This document shows positions 18,094 through 27,836 of a stretch of DNA of 64,000 nucleotides, one piece after another. Source of the stretch: Deltaproteobacteria bacterium. GTDB taxonomy: Bacteria > Myxococcota > JACPTQ01. The translations under genes were made by a program, and so were the position numbers. Where the stretch lies: positions 9,398-73,397 of the forward strand of contig JACPTQ010000004.1 in NCBI GenBank assembly GCA_016192705.1, given 5' to 3'. Below the pieces are notes generated by a model. That model saw nothing but the letters and a program-made list of their open reading frames with translations, made no database searches and was not told the DNA's origin. Position 1 is the stretch's first letter, and each line of letters starts with the position of its first letter.

Positions 18094-21036
18094 CTATGGC
18101 TTGTAAGGCGCGTTGTAGACGCCGTTGCCGTTCAAATCGAGGAGGATGGCGTTTGTGATGGCGATGGGGCGCACGCCCGAGGTCGGCGTTCCGTTCACGT
18201 AGTCGGTTGTCGCCCACTGAATGTTGTCGGGCACGACCGGGAAGAGAATCGTTCGCCCGCGCACGACCGCCACGACCCAGGCATCTTTGCCACCCGCGTC
18301 GACCACGATGTTGACCGTCGCCTCGGCTTCGATGCGCGACGACGCGCCGACGGGAACAACGTTCGCGACGACCGTCATCCCCGCGTCGATCGCCCCCGCG
18401 TCCGGATCCGCGCCGCCATCGGTCACGACGGCGACCACAAACGTCGGCACCAAAGACGGCACGCCGCCATCGACGCTCGCGGGGTAGGTGTTGTTCACGT
18501 AAAACTCGATCTGCGCGATGTCCATCCAACTTGGGACCTGCGCCTTAACGTGGACTTCGACCGCGCCACCGACGGTCGGCACGAGGCGCCCCATGCCACC
18601 GTCCGCCTTGCTTGCGCCGGCCCAAAACTCGACAAACGGCCCGTTCGTCACGATCGCGTCGTGCGCGAGAATGCCGTCGATGACGCTTTCGCCCGAAAGC
18701 GCCGCGACGGTGTCGTTCGCGACGCGCACGTACGTTCGCGGAAATCCACCCGGATCGCCCGCGAGTTTGTGCGTGTCGCTTGTTCCGACGATCGTGATGA
18801 CCTTGCCGATCGACAGGAAGTTGAACCAATCGCGCAGAATCGTGTCGATCTTTGTGTCGCGCCCGAGCCCGTCGGGATTTGACGACGGCGAACTGTAGCC
18901 GTTGTACACCTCAACCGCATCGAAATCGGCCGACCAGAGTGATTCGCCCGGGAGTCGAAGAAGTGAGTTCGGGACCGGTTGCCCCGCGTCGTTTCCCCAC
19001 GCGACCCCGTACGTAAAATCGAACGTGAGCGCGGCGCGATCGAAATAGGCCTGAAACGTGAACAGGCCGGTCGATCCTGGATTGGCCCGCGGGTGATTGA
19101 CTTGGACCACGCGAGCTCCCGCGTCTCGCAGAAGGACGAAGACATCCGCCGGAAGTTTATTGAGGCCCGTGCCGCCGCCCCAATCGGGCGCGCCGTTCGA
19201 TGGCATCGCGGGATTTGGCGTGAGCGGATAGCCATTAAAATGCCCGTAATCAAACGGCGTGGTTTCGACGCCCGGAACGAACTTAATGAGGTCTTGCACG
19301 CCGAGCGCCGCAATGACCGACGTGTAGTCGGTGATGACATCGTGGTCCGACGACGCGAAAAACTCGGTCCCCTCGGCGAGGTAGCTCTTCACGCGGTCTT
19401 CGAGCGGAACCGGGCTGTCGGGTGAATTGAGCGTGTGTTGGTGAAAGTCGGCGGCGACGTATCCGGTCGTGTCGAGGACGCGTGTCAGCTGGCACGTGAT
19501 GGGCGCGTTCAAACCCGCGTCGACGACGTACGGCGTAGTCGTGCAGAGTGAATATTCGTTTCCGCGCGAGACGACGACTTTATAGGTGCCCGGTTTCACG
19601 AGGAGCAGGCCATCGAGGTCGCTCGTGCCGCGTAACGTACGGTAAATTGCGGCGATCCCGGTCGCCGGTCCGTCAAATGCCTCGCGGTGATTCTGTGACG
19701 TTGGGCTCGGGTCGCTTCCGATAAACGAAATCCGCGCGGCGATGCCGGCGTCGTTTGAGTCAACGATCGTGTATGGCACGGTGCCGAGTGGCGGGACAGT
19801 CAGGTCGACGGCTGTGCTCGCATTGCCGGTCACCGTAACGGCAACGCCCGCGTTACTCGGTACGCCCTCAGCGAGGAATCGATAACTCCCCGTGGGGAGC
19901 ACACCCGAGAAGTTTCCAAGCGCGTCGGAGTCGAACACTGTGGTTCCGGCGTCGGTCGAATCGAAGACGGCGATGCGCAAGCCCGCTCGGCCCGCATCGG
20001 TCGCGCTGTCGATGACACGCCCCGTGACGCGTCCGGTTGTTTTGGAGCGGAGGCGCGAGACCACCGCGTCGACCGCCGCGAGGTCTGGAACGCCGACGAT
20101 GAATATGAGCTCGTAAGTGAGCGAGCCATTTGCGGGCACCGTGAACCGCGAGATGTTGACCGCCGAGAGCAAATCGTCGGTGTCGAAAACGGTCGCGGTA
20201 ACGCCCGCGATCGAGAGCGCGACGTGACGCGGGAATGTGCCGTCCTGGCGGGCCGCAAGATTCGGGAACAGACCGTAAGCCATGCCGGACGTGACGTGCG
20301 CGATGTAAGGCGTCGTCGCGGTGGTTGATTGGATAAGGCTCTCGAGGTCGGTCATGGCAGCTTGTCCAAAGCCGAGGCCCGAGCGGAAAGATTCGACGGC
20401 ACCACCCGAATCGATGAGGAGACCAATGGCGGGAGTCACGCCTGCGTCGCTCGAGTTTTTGAGTGTGTATTGAACGCGAACGAACGTCTCGTCGGGTTCG
20501 AGCGTGTAGAGGGCCTCGATTTGGAAGTTGAGCGGCGTGTCGGCTTTGTAACCGATGAGGCCCGTAAAGGCGGGGAGGTTGATGTAGTCGTTGAGCTCGT
20601 CGGTGCCGGTTGCGAGGATGCGCGCGGGGCCGCCGCGCGAGCCGTCGTTGATCACCGTGACGCTCGTGAATTGCGCGGTGCGTCCGATGTTAAGGAAGAG
20701 CGACACTTCGCCGACGTGGTCTTTGCCGGTTTCGCCCGCGTCGCGCGCGCGGTCGGCGTCGATGATGTTGCCGCCGTAGGGCGAGGGGCCGACGTCGCGG
20801 CCGGGGCCTTGGATAATGACGCGGATTTTCGAGTTTTGCATATAAAAATCGCCGACGCGGCCGGTTGCGCCGGGGCCGCCGATGAGACGCGTCGCCTTGT
20901 TTGCGTCGGTGATGAGGCCGGCTTCGACGGTTTGCGGACCAGAAGGCGGTGAGTCGGATTTACCGCAGGCCGCGACGGCGCCAGCGAGGAAAGCGAGGAG
21001 GAATCGAGATGGTGTGAGGGTGTTTTTGATTTTCAC
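18094..21036 (-). CDS. Large lipoprotein with CehA/McbA-type PHP metallohydrolase domain and carboxypeptidase-regulatory-like beta-sandwich repeats
   Basis: GTG start at 21036 gives VKIKNTLTPSRFLLAFLAGAVAAC (lipobox). PHP signature ADFHQHTLNSPDSPVP...SSDHD. TGRVTGRVIDS motif. The track ORF continues to 21807, but that part is R-rich and antisense to the E1-alpha gene. Confidence 0.75.
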   Translation of the reverse strand: MKIKNTLTPSRFLLAFLAGAVAACGKSDSPPSGPQTVEAGLITDANKATRLIGGPGATGRVGDFYMQNSKIRVIIQGPGRDVGPSPYGGNIIDADRARDAGETGKDHVGEVSLFLNIGRTAQFTSVTVINDGSRGGPARILATGTDELNDYINLPAFTGLIGYKADTPLNFQIEALYTLEPDETFVRVQYTLKNSSDAGVTPAIGLLIDSGGAVESFRSGLGFGQAAMTDLESLIQSTTATTPYIAHVTSGMAYGLFPNLAARQDGTFPRHVALSIAGVTATVFDTDDLLSAVNISRFTVPANGSLTYELIFIVGVPDLAAVDAVVSRLRSKTTGRVTGRVIDSATDAGRAGLRIAVFDSTDAGTTVFDSDALGNFSGVLPTGSYRFLAEGVPSNAGVAVTVTGNASTAVDLTVPPLGTVPYTIVDSNDAGIAARISFIGSDPSPTSQNHREAFDGPATGIAAIYRTLRGTSDLDGLLLVKPGTYKVVVSRGNEYSLCTTTPYVVDAGLNAPITCQLTRVLDTTGYVAADFHQHTLNSPDSPVPLEDRVKSYLAEGTEFFASSDHDVITDYTSVIAALGVQDLIKFVPGVETTPFDYGHFNGYPLTPNPAMPSNGAPDWGGGTGLNKLPADVFVLLRDAGARVVQVNHPRANPGSTGLFTFQAYFDRAALTFDFTYGVAWGNDAGQPVPNSLLRLPGESLWSADFDAVEVYNGYSSPSSNPDGLGRDTKIDTILRDWFNFLSIGKVITIVGTSDTHKLAGDPGGFPRTYVRVANDTVAALSGESVIDGILAHDAIVTNGPFVEFWAGASKADGGMGRLVPTVGGAVEVHVKAQVPSWMDIAQIEFYVNNTYPASVDGGVPSLVPTFVVAVVTDGGADPDAGAIDAGMTVVANVVPVGASSRIEAEATVNIVVDAGGKDAWVVAVVRGRTILFPVVPDNIQWATTDYVNGTPTSGVRPIAITNAILLDLNGNGVYNAPYKP

Positions 21037-21129
21037 AGTGCCCGATCGTCTAACATAGCCGCCGCGGAAGCGGTAGCGGGCGCGGGTGTGGACGCGAGTG
21101 GTCAAGCGCCGCGGGCGCGTGATAACCCT

Positions 21130-22182
21130 ATGGTCCCGATGGCTTCGACGATGCGAAGAACGAAAAAGCGGCCGGGTCTCGCGAAGGCGGCGTCGCAGTT
21201 TCGGGTGCCGCGAAAGACGCTCGAATCGATTTACGGATGGATGGTCCGGCTGCGCGCGCTCGATGAGCGGATGCTGACGCTGCAGCGTCAGGGGCGCGTC
21301 GGGTTTTACGGGTCGGTGACGGGGCAGGAGGCGGTGCCGATTGCGGCGGCGCACGCGGTTGAAGCGACCGATTGGGTTTTCCCAGCGCTCCGCGAGTCGT
21401 CGATCATGCTCGTTCGCGGGTATCCGCTTGCGCGTTATGTCGCGCAGGTTTTCGGCAACGCGGGCGACGGTCAAAAGGGACGGCAGATGCCGTCGCATAT
21501 GGCGGCGCGCGAGGTGAACGTTGTGTCGTGGTCGTCGTGCATCGGCACGCAACTTCCGCAGGCGGTTGGCGCGGCGTACGCGATGAAGCTCCGTCGGGAG
21601 AGGAAAATCGCGCTCGCTTTTTTGGGCGATGGCGCGACGTCGACGGCGGATTTTCATTACGCGATGAACTTCGCGGCGGTGTTCGGTGCGCCGGTTGTGT
21701 TCGTTTGCCAAAACAATCATTGGTCGATCAGCGTGCCGACGAAGGCGCAAACAGCGAGCGAGACGCTGGCGCAAAAGGCGGTTGCGTACGGGATGCCGGG
21801 CGCGCAAGTCGATGGCAACGATGCGGAGGCGGTTTTCGTCGCGGTGCGCGAGGCAGCTGAACGTGCGCGGGCTGGCGCCGGGCCGACGCTTTTAGAGGCC
21901 GTGACGTATCGCATCGGCGCGCATTCGTCGTCGGACGATCCGACGCGGTATCGGGATGAGCGGGAAGTCGCTATGTGGCGCGGGTGCGATCCAATCGAGC
22001 GGCTTCGGGGGCGGCTTGGTGTCAGTCAGCGCGATGCGGAGAAGGCAGGGCGGCGCGCGGCCGACGAAGCGGCGAAGGTTGTGAGCGACGTTGAGGCGCT
22101 TCCGATGCCGGACGCGGTAACGCTGTTCGAGGATGTTTATGCGGAAAGGCCATGGAACTTGGTTGAGCAGCAGGGCGGATAG
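21130..22182 (+). CDS. Thiamine-diphosphate-dependent 2-oxoacid dehydrogenase E1 component, alpha subunit
   Basis: MVRLRALDERMLTLQRQGRVGFYGSVTGQEA...FLGDGATSTADFHYAMNFAAVFGAPVVFVCQNNHWSIS (TPP-binding GDG...NN motif). Start codon uncertain among ATGs at 21130, 21139 and 21151. Confidence 0.85.
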   Translation: MVPMASTMRRTKKRPGLAKAASQFRVPRKTLESIYGWMVRLRALDERMLTLQRQGRVGFYGSVTGQEAVPIAAAHAVEATDWVFPALRESSIMLVRGYPLARYVAQVFGNAGDGQKGRQMPSHMAAREVNVVSWSSCIGTQLPQAVGAAYAMKLRRERKIALAFLGDGATSTADFHYAMNFAAVFGAPVVFVCQNNHWSISVPTKAQTASETLAQKAVAYGMPGAQVDGNDAEAVFVAVREAAERARAGAGPTLLEAVTYRIGAHSSSDDPTRYRDEREVAMWRGCDPIERLRGRLGVSQRDAEKAGRRAADEAAKVVSDVEALPMPDAVTLFEDVYAERPWNLVEQQGG

Positions 22183-22331
22183 GGGAGTGGGTTTTAGTAG
22201 TCGTAGTCGTGCTCGTACACGTACTTCGTGCACGTTTCACGAGGACGACAACGAGGACGTGCTCGGCTACGACGACGAGGAAGAGCACGATTGAGTTCGG
22301 GCGCGGGTGACGTGAAGGCGAGGGCTGATTG

Positions 22332-23822
22332 ATGGCGACAGAAAAAGTTGACGCGGTGGTTGTGGGGGCGGGGCCGGGCGGCTATGTCGCGGCGATTCGG
22401 CTTGCGCAGCTTGGGCGGAAGGTGATTCTCGTCGACCGCGAGAAGGTTGGCGGCGTTTGCTTGAACTATGGCTGCATCCCGTCGAAGGCGCTCATTCACG
22501 CGGCGTCGCTCGTCGATGACGCCCGGCGCGCGAAGGAGTTTGGGATCGACGCGGTTGTGAGCGTCGATGTCACGCGGCTTCAGGCGTGGAAGGCGGGCGT
22601 CGTTGAGAAGTTGGTCGGTGGCGTAAAACAGTTGCTTAAGGGGAACGGCGTTGGATTTGTTGAGGGGGCCGCGAAATTCGTAGGCCCACGAACTTTGGAA
22701 GTCACAACGCGCGAGGGCGGGGCCCGCGAGGGCGTGCGGCGACTTGAGGCGACGACGATCATCGTTGCGACGGGGGCGCGGCCGTTTGAGGTGCCGTCGT
22801 TGCCGTTCGATGGTGTGCGCGTCGTTGGGGCGCGCGAGGCGCTCGCGTTCGATCGCGTTCCTGCGCGGCTGCTCGTGGTGGGCGGTGGCGTCATCGGGCT
22901 TGAGCTCGGGACGGTCTACGCGAAGCTCGGGTCGAAGGTGACCGTTGTCGAGATGATGGACCAGCTTCTTCCAGGGGTCGACCCAGACGCGGTGCGGATC
23001 GTCGCGCGCGGGCTCAAGCGGTGGGGCGTCGAGGTGTATGTGAAGTCGAAGGCGATTGGGGTTTCGGGGGGGGCGGATGCGAGAACGAGTACGAGGACGA
23101 GCACGGGCACGACTACGACTACGGGAGCGGGTGCGGGGGCGGGAGCGCGCGGCGTGATTGCCGTGCGCGTAGAGACGCCCGAAAAGGAAATTGTGGTCGA
23201 CGCGGACCGTGTGCTGGTCGCGGTTGGGATGCGGCCGAACACCGAGGGGCTTGGGCTTGACGCCGCGGGGATTGCCGTCGACGCAAAGGGATTCGTGCGC
23301 GTGAACGCGCGGATGGAGACAAGCGTGCCGGGGGTGTTTGCCATCGGCGATGTTTCGGGGCCGCCGCTCCTAGCGCACAAGGCGTCGAAGGAGGGTGAGA
23401 TCGCGGCCGAGGCGTCGTCGGGGCGCGGGGCGACGAACGATGTCGCGGCGATGCCCGCGGCGATTTTCACCGACCCCGAAATCGCGACGGTCGGGATGTC
23501 GGAAGCGGATGCGAAGGCGAAGGGAATCGCCGTCAAGGTTTCGAAGTTTCCGTTTGGCGCGAACGGGCGCGCGCTCACGACGGGTGCGGGCGAAGGGTTT
23601 GCAAAGATCGTCGCGGACGAGGCGACGAAGCGCGTTTTGGGCGCGACGATTGTTGGTGTCGAGGCGTCGAACCTTGTGAGCGAGGTGGCGCTTGCGATCG
23701 AGATGGGGGCCGAGGCTGGCGACATCGGGCTCACGGTGCATCCTCACCCGACGCTGTCCGAGGCGCTCATGGAGAGCGCGAACGCGGTTTTGGGCGAAGC
23801 GATTCACGCGCTGAATCGATGA
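22332..23822 (+). CDS. lpdA: Dihydrolipoyl dehydrogenase (E3) carrying an in-frame low-complexity insertion
   Basis: VVGAGPGGYVAAIRLAQLG...GGVCLNYGCIPSKAL (FAD and redox-disulfide motifs), NAD-binding GGGVIGLE, C-terminal HPHPTLSE. Insertion SGGADARTSTRTSTGTTTTTGAGAGAGARG at ~23066-23150. Confidence 0.95.
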   Translation: MATEKVDAVVVGAGPGGYVAAIRLAQLGRKVILVDREKVGGVCLNYGCIPSKALIHAASLVDDARRAKEFGIDAVVSVDVTRLQAWKAGVVEKLVGGVKQLLKGNGVGFVEGAAKFVGPRTLEVTTREGGAREGVRRLEATTIIVATGARPFEVPSLPFDGVRVVGAREALAFDRVPARLLVVGGGVIGLELGTVYAKLGSKVTVVEMMDQLLPGVDPDAVRIVARGLKRWGVEVYVKSKAIGVSGGADARTSTRTSTGTTTTTGAGAGAGARGVIAVRVETPEKEIVVDADRVLVAVGMRPNTEGLGLDAAGIAVDAKGFVRVNARMETSVPGVFAIGDVSGPPLLAHKASKEGEIAAEASSGRGATNDVAAMPAAIFTDPEIATVGMSEADAKAKGIAVKVSKFPFGANGRALTTGAGEGFAKIVADEATKRVLGATIVGVEASNLVSEVALAIEMGAEAGDIGLTVHPHPTLSEALMESANAVLGEAIHALNR

Positions 23823-24859
23823 CCCGTCCGCTTGCCGTGCGAGACTTGGGCCTCGTCGAGTACGACGATGCGCTCGAGATGCAGGAGCGGTTTGTCGCAT
23901 CGCGGCTTGCGCGAGAGTGTTCGGACACGCTCCTCCTTGTTGAGCATCCGCCCGTCATCACGAAGGGTCGCGGCGCAAAGGCGGAGCACATCCTTTCGAC
24001 CGAAGGCGTCGAGGTGTTCGACACGCCGCGTGGCGGCGACGTCACGTATCACGGGCCGGGTCAGATCGTCGCGTACCCTGTTTTCGATCTGAACCCCGAT
24101 CGGCGCGACGTGCGAAAATTCGTCTGCGGGCTCGAACGCGCGGTGATCAAGGCGCTCGCGCGGTTTGGCATCGCGGCGACGCTCCGCGACAAGACGATCG
24201 GCGTGTTCGTTGGCAACGACAAGATCGCGGCGCTCGGCGTGCGGCTCTCTCGCTGGATCACAAGCCACGGCGTGGCCTTGAACGTCTCGACCGATCTCGC
24301 GAGCTTCAATCGCATTGTGCCGTGCGGCCTTCGCGATGTGGGCGTGACGTCGATGGAGCGCGTGCTGGCGTCGCCGGTCAATTTCGTGGAGGTCAAGAAG
24401 GCGCTTGTCGACGAGGTCGCGACGGAGTTTGGCTTGTCGGCCGCTTGGGAGCCGGTCGACTGCAGCTCGATCCTCGTCGTCGTCTGCGCGGGACGTCGCG
24501 TTTTGCTTCTTAAGCGACTCGAGGAGTGGGGCGGTTTTTGGCAGCCGATCACGGGGCGCATCGATCGCGGCGAATCGCCGCATGCGGCGGCCGTGCGCGA
24601 ACTTCGCGAGGAGACGGGACTCGGTGACAACGTTCGCGTCGATCCGCTCGGCTACGTCCACGCCTTCGCGCTGAGTAAGCCGGGCCCTGCGCGCATCGGT
24701 CGCGAGCACGCGTTCGTTGCGCGGCTCGAGTTCGAGAGGCCAGTCCAGTTGTCGCCGACCGAGCACAGCCTACAGATGTGGCTTGACGTTGACGAGGCGG
24801 TGACGAAAGTTCCATACAAGGGGCTCAAGCGCGCGATGCAGCTCGCGACGGGGAGATGA
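23819..24859 (+). CDS. lipB: Lipoyl(octanoyl) transferase LipB fused to a C-terminal Nudix hydrolase domain
   Basis: N-terminal ~215 aa carry the LipB motifs (RGGDVTYHGPGQIVAYPV, KIAALGVRL, VPCGL). C-terminal domain has a perfect Nudix box GRIDRGESPHAAAVRELREETGL. Start overlaps the lpdA stop (ATGA). Confidence 0.9.
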   Translation: MTRPLAVRDLGLVEYDDALEMQERFVASRLARECSDTLLLVEHPPVITKGRGAKAEHILSTEGVEVFDTPRGGDVTYHGPGQIVAYPVFDLNPDRRDVRKFVCGLERAVIKALARFGIAATLRDKTIGVFVGNDKIAALGVRLSRWITSHGVALNVSTDLASFNRIVPCGLRDVGVTSMERVLASPVNFVEVKKALVDEVATEFGLSAAWEPVDCSSILVVVCAGRRVLLLKRLEEWGGFWQPITGRIDRGESPHAAAVRELREETGLGDNVRVDPLGYVHAFALSKPGPARIGREHAFVARLEFERPVQLSPTEHSLQMWLDVDEAVTKVPYKGLKRAMQLATGR

Positions 24860-24901
24860 AAGATTTATCAGGAATACAGGAACGCAGGAAGGGAGCCACT
24901 C

Positions 24902-25741
24902 ATGGTCGATACGAAATGGGAACGGATCGTCGAGGTGCTCAGATGCGTGCGATGCGATGCCGAAGAGGTTCGGCTCTGTGGCAAGGGCGTGCAGTGCGGA
25001 CGGTGCGGCGTCGTATTCCCAATTGAAGACGACGTCTTGGATGTGAGGGGCGACGCGGGCGATCGCGCGGTGACGCGCGCGCAGCGTTGGTTTGAGTCGG
25101 CGCTCGGGAGCCGCGGCTACGCGTGGGCACGACGCACGCTTTCGTACGCGATCACGGGGCGATCGTTCGACGGCGAAGTCGAGGCGCTCCTTGCGCACCT
25201 GCCGATTCCGTCGCACGCGTTGGTCGTCGACATCGCCTGTGGCCCCGGAAATTTCACGACGGCGTACGCGCGCCGGAACCCAGAGACGCTGTTTGTTGGA
25301 CTCGATCTGTCCACCGCGATGCTTCGATGCGCGCGGGCCGAAGCGGAGCGCTCAGACCTCGAAAACGTCGCGTGGATCGCGGGCGACGCACAGAATCTCC
25401 CCTTTCGACGATCGTCGCTCCTCGCGGTGAGCTCGGTCGGCGGCTTCCACATGCTCCCCGATTTGTCGAAGGCGCTGAGCGAAATCGCACGCACAACGAA
25501 GCCGGGTGCGGCCGTCGCGGGTGGGGCGTTTGCGCGCATTCGGTCGAGACTCGCGCCGCTGCAGTCGGCCCTTGCTACGCCAGCCGGCCTTAACCCGATC
25601 GACTTCGACGCGCTTGGGCACACCCTGTGTGAGCTCGGGTTTGAGGACTATGGCAGCGACGGGCGGCGCCCGGTTTTTCAGTATTTTTGGGCGAAAAAGT
25701 GCGATCCGCGTCCCTGGTCCGCGCAAAGAAAAACCAATTGA
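24902..25741 (+). CDS. Class I SAM-dependent methyltransferase with N-terminal Trm112-like zinc-ribbon
   Basis: CVRCDAE...CGRCG zinc ribbon. Motif I VVDIACGPGNFT. Post-I acidic residue in FVGLDLS. Confidence 0.8.
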   Translation: MVDTKWERIVEVLRCVRCDAEEVRLCGKGVQCGRCGVVFPIEDDVLDVRGDAGDRAVTRAQRWFESALGSRGYAWARRTLSYAITGRSFDGEVEALLAHLPIPSHALVVDIACGPGNFTTAYARRNPETLFVGLDLSTAMLRCARAEAERSDLENVAWIAGDAQNLPFRRSSLLAVSSVGGFHMLPDLSKALSEIARTTKPGAAVAGGAFARIRSRLAPLQSALATPAGLNPIDFDALGHTLCELGFEDYGSDGRRPVFQYFWAKKCDPRPWSAQRKTN

Positions 25742-25781
25742 CGATCGGCGACGCGATCCGTAATATAGGAGGTCTACCTAC

Positions 25782-27773
25782 ATGCGCGCACATCGTCGAA
25801 ATTTGAAAATAATCGCTGGGCTCGCCGCGGCGTTTCTGCTTGCCTGCGGTGGCGCGAGCGGCGATAAATGCGCGTTCGAAATCACGGGGCTCGATGCCGA
25901 GTACACGCTCCTCATCGGCGCGCGCTTTGAGCTGAACGTCGCGGTTGAGAACGCGTGCGGTGGCGCGGCGTCGCTTCGTCTCGACGGCGAAAAACCGCGC
26001 GGCGCGACGGTCACGGCGGATACGTCGAACATCTCGGCACCCAAGCTCCAGCTTGTTTTGACGCCCGACATCGCCCACGTCGGCGACATCAATGTCGCGT
26101 TCGCGGCGACGAACGGGCGCGAAGCCGTGCAGAAATCGACCGTGCTTCACGTCGTGACCGTGTTGTCGCGGCCGCAGGATGCCGGTACGACGCCAACGCC
26201 GCCACCACTGGGGCCGCTCGATCCGGCGGGCGATGCCGACGGTGACGGCATCTCGAACGGCGATGAGCTGACGACCTACCACACAAATCCGCGAAGCCGC
26301 GACACGGATCACGATGGCACGCCGGACGGTGACGAGAAGGGCGACAAGGACGGCGATGGGCTTGTCGACGCGCTCGAGAATCGCACGGCCGATGCGAACG
26401 CAAATGGAAATCTCGATGAGACCGACAGCGCCGCGGGGCCGCAGGTGTCGTGGGCGAGGTTCCGTCCGGCTGCGGTTTGGAACGCGCAGGGGACGACCCG
26501 CGTTGAGATGATGGTTGTAGGCGGCGCGGGGATCACGCGCGTTGCGCTCGTTAATCCTTATACGCGTGGCGAAATCATGGTCGACGGGCAGCTCGTGAAC
26601 GAAATCGAGATGTACGACGACGGCACGCATGGCGATTTGGTCGCGGGCGACTTTACGTACACGCGCGGCGGCATTGGCGCGAATGGACGTCTCCCGTATT
26701 TGAACGCGAAGGTCGGGCGGATGAGTTTTCGAACGCTGAAGGTCACGCACGGCGCGGGCAATGCGACGATCGATCTCACGGATATTTTCAGTTCGACGCC
26801 GATGCTCGATTTGATCACGGTCGACCCGGCGGCGCGCTCGACGGTCACGAACGTCGACCCCGCGGGAACGGTGCGGATCGGTGAGCGCGCGGTGAATGTT
26901 GTCGACGCGGCACTCGTGCGAACGTACGCGCTCGAAGACGACAGCTCGGCGCGGCGCGCGTTGCAACGGGTGGCGACGCAAGATGTCGCGAAGCGCTACT
27001 ACCAATACTTCAAGGATGACGTCGATTGGTTTTATCTCATCTCGGACGAGGCGTTTGGGATGGTCGGCGCGTACGGCGTTCACATCAACGTGCGAAACGC
27101 GGCCGACGGCGTGGGGCAACAGAAGTTCGACATGTCGCGGGGATACGGGTCGACGAGTGTGCTGCAAGGGATTTCGTGGATCAACTATTCGACGAACGGC
27201 GCGTATTTGCACGAGACGATGCACCAGTGGGGCGTTCACCTCGACCCGAGCTTTGGGTTTAGCCGCGACTCGCACTGGGGGAACGCCGATGTCGACGGGC
27301 ATATCGGCGGTTTTTCGTCGGAGGGTTTTGTCGACCACGGAGATGGGACGTATACGTACAAGTGGGGCCAAACGGGTGGGGACCGGGGACCGTACGGCAA
27401 AATCGAACTTTACTTGATGGGGCTGATTCCGAAGGCCGACGTGCCGCCGATTCGCGTGCTGATGTCGCCGGTCACGCGGATTTCGTCGACGAACGATGGC
27501 GCGACGGTGCGCGCGGCTGCGCTGAAGACGTGGACGATCGACGACATCATCGCGAAGCACGGCGAGCGCGCGCCGGGACCCGCGACGAGCCAAAAGGCGT
27601 TTCGCGCGGCGTTTGTCGTGGTGTCGGATGAGCCGGCCGACGACGCGTTCATGACGTACCTTGATTTACGGGCGGCGCTCACTGGGGCGGCGCAGGGCGA
27701 CAGCCTGACGTGGAGTTTCGCGCAGGCGACGGGCGGGCGCGCGACACTCGACACGAAGCCGAATCTTAAGTAG
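25782..27773 (+). CDS. Lipoprotein zinc metalloprotease (HExxH) with thrombospondin type-3-like calcium-binding repeats
   Basis: AGGAGG RBS. LAAAFLLAC lipobox. DADGDGISNGDE / DTDHDGTPDGDE / DKDGDGLVD repeats. HETMHQWGVH zincin motif. Confidence 0.8.
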   Translation: MRAHRRNLKIIAGLAAAFLLACGGASGDKCAFEITGLDAEYTLLIGARFELNVAVENACGGAASLRLDGEKPRGATVTADTSNISAPKLQLVLTPDIAHVGDINVAFAATNGREAVQKSTVLHVVTVLSRPQDAGTTPTPPPLGPLDPAGDADGDGISNGDELTTYHTNPRSRDTDHDGTPDGDEKGDKDGDGLVDALENRTADANANGNLDETDSAAGPQVSWARFRPAAVWNAQGTTRVEMMVVGGAGITRVALVNPYTRGEIMVDGQLVNEIEMYDDGTHGDLVAGDFTYTRGGIGANGRLPYLNAKVGRMSFRTLKVTHGAGNATIDLTDIFSSTPMLDLITVDPAARSTVTNVDPAGTVRIGERAVNVVDAALVRTYALEDDSSARRALQRVATQDVAKRYYQYFKDDVDWFYLISDEAFGMVGAYGVHINVRNAADGVGQQKFDMSRGYGSTSVLQGISWINYSTNGAYLHETMHQWGVHLDPSFGFSRDSHWGNADVDGHIGGFSSEGFVDHGDGTYTYKWGQTGGDRGPYGKIELYLMGLIPKADVPPIRVLMSPVTRISSTNDGATVRAAALKTWTIDDIIAKHGERAPGPATSQKAFRAAFVVVSDEPADDAFMTYLDLRAALTGAAQGDSLTWSFAQATGGRATLDTKPNLK

Positions 27774-27836
27774 CGCGCAACAACCGTGCCTCGGTCGACT
27801 TGAGGCCACGGGGCATCACCGTTAGACTTCGCGCTC

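Noticed and set aside
21037-21807. N-terminal 257 aa of the 1237-aa minus ORF
   Set aside because: R-rich and antisense to the E1-alpha gene. A GTG at 21036 followed by a lipoprotein signal peptide is the plausible start.
24961-24990. Third copy of the nuo repeat (8-mer ctctgtgg)
   Set aside because: Only an 8-nt match inside a methyltransferase codon context; chance.
25590-27593. 667-aa minus-strand ORF
   Set aside because: Entirely antisense to the TSP3/HExxH lipoprotein gene. Arg/Pro-rich composition typical of GC-rich antisense frames. No motifs.
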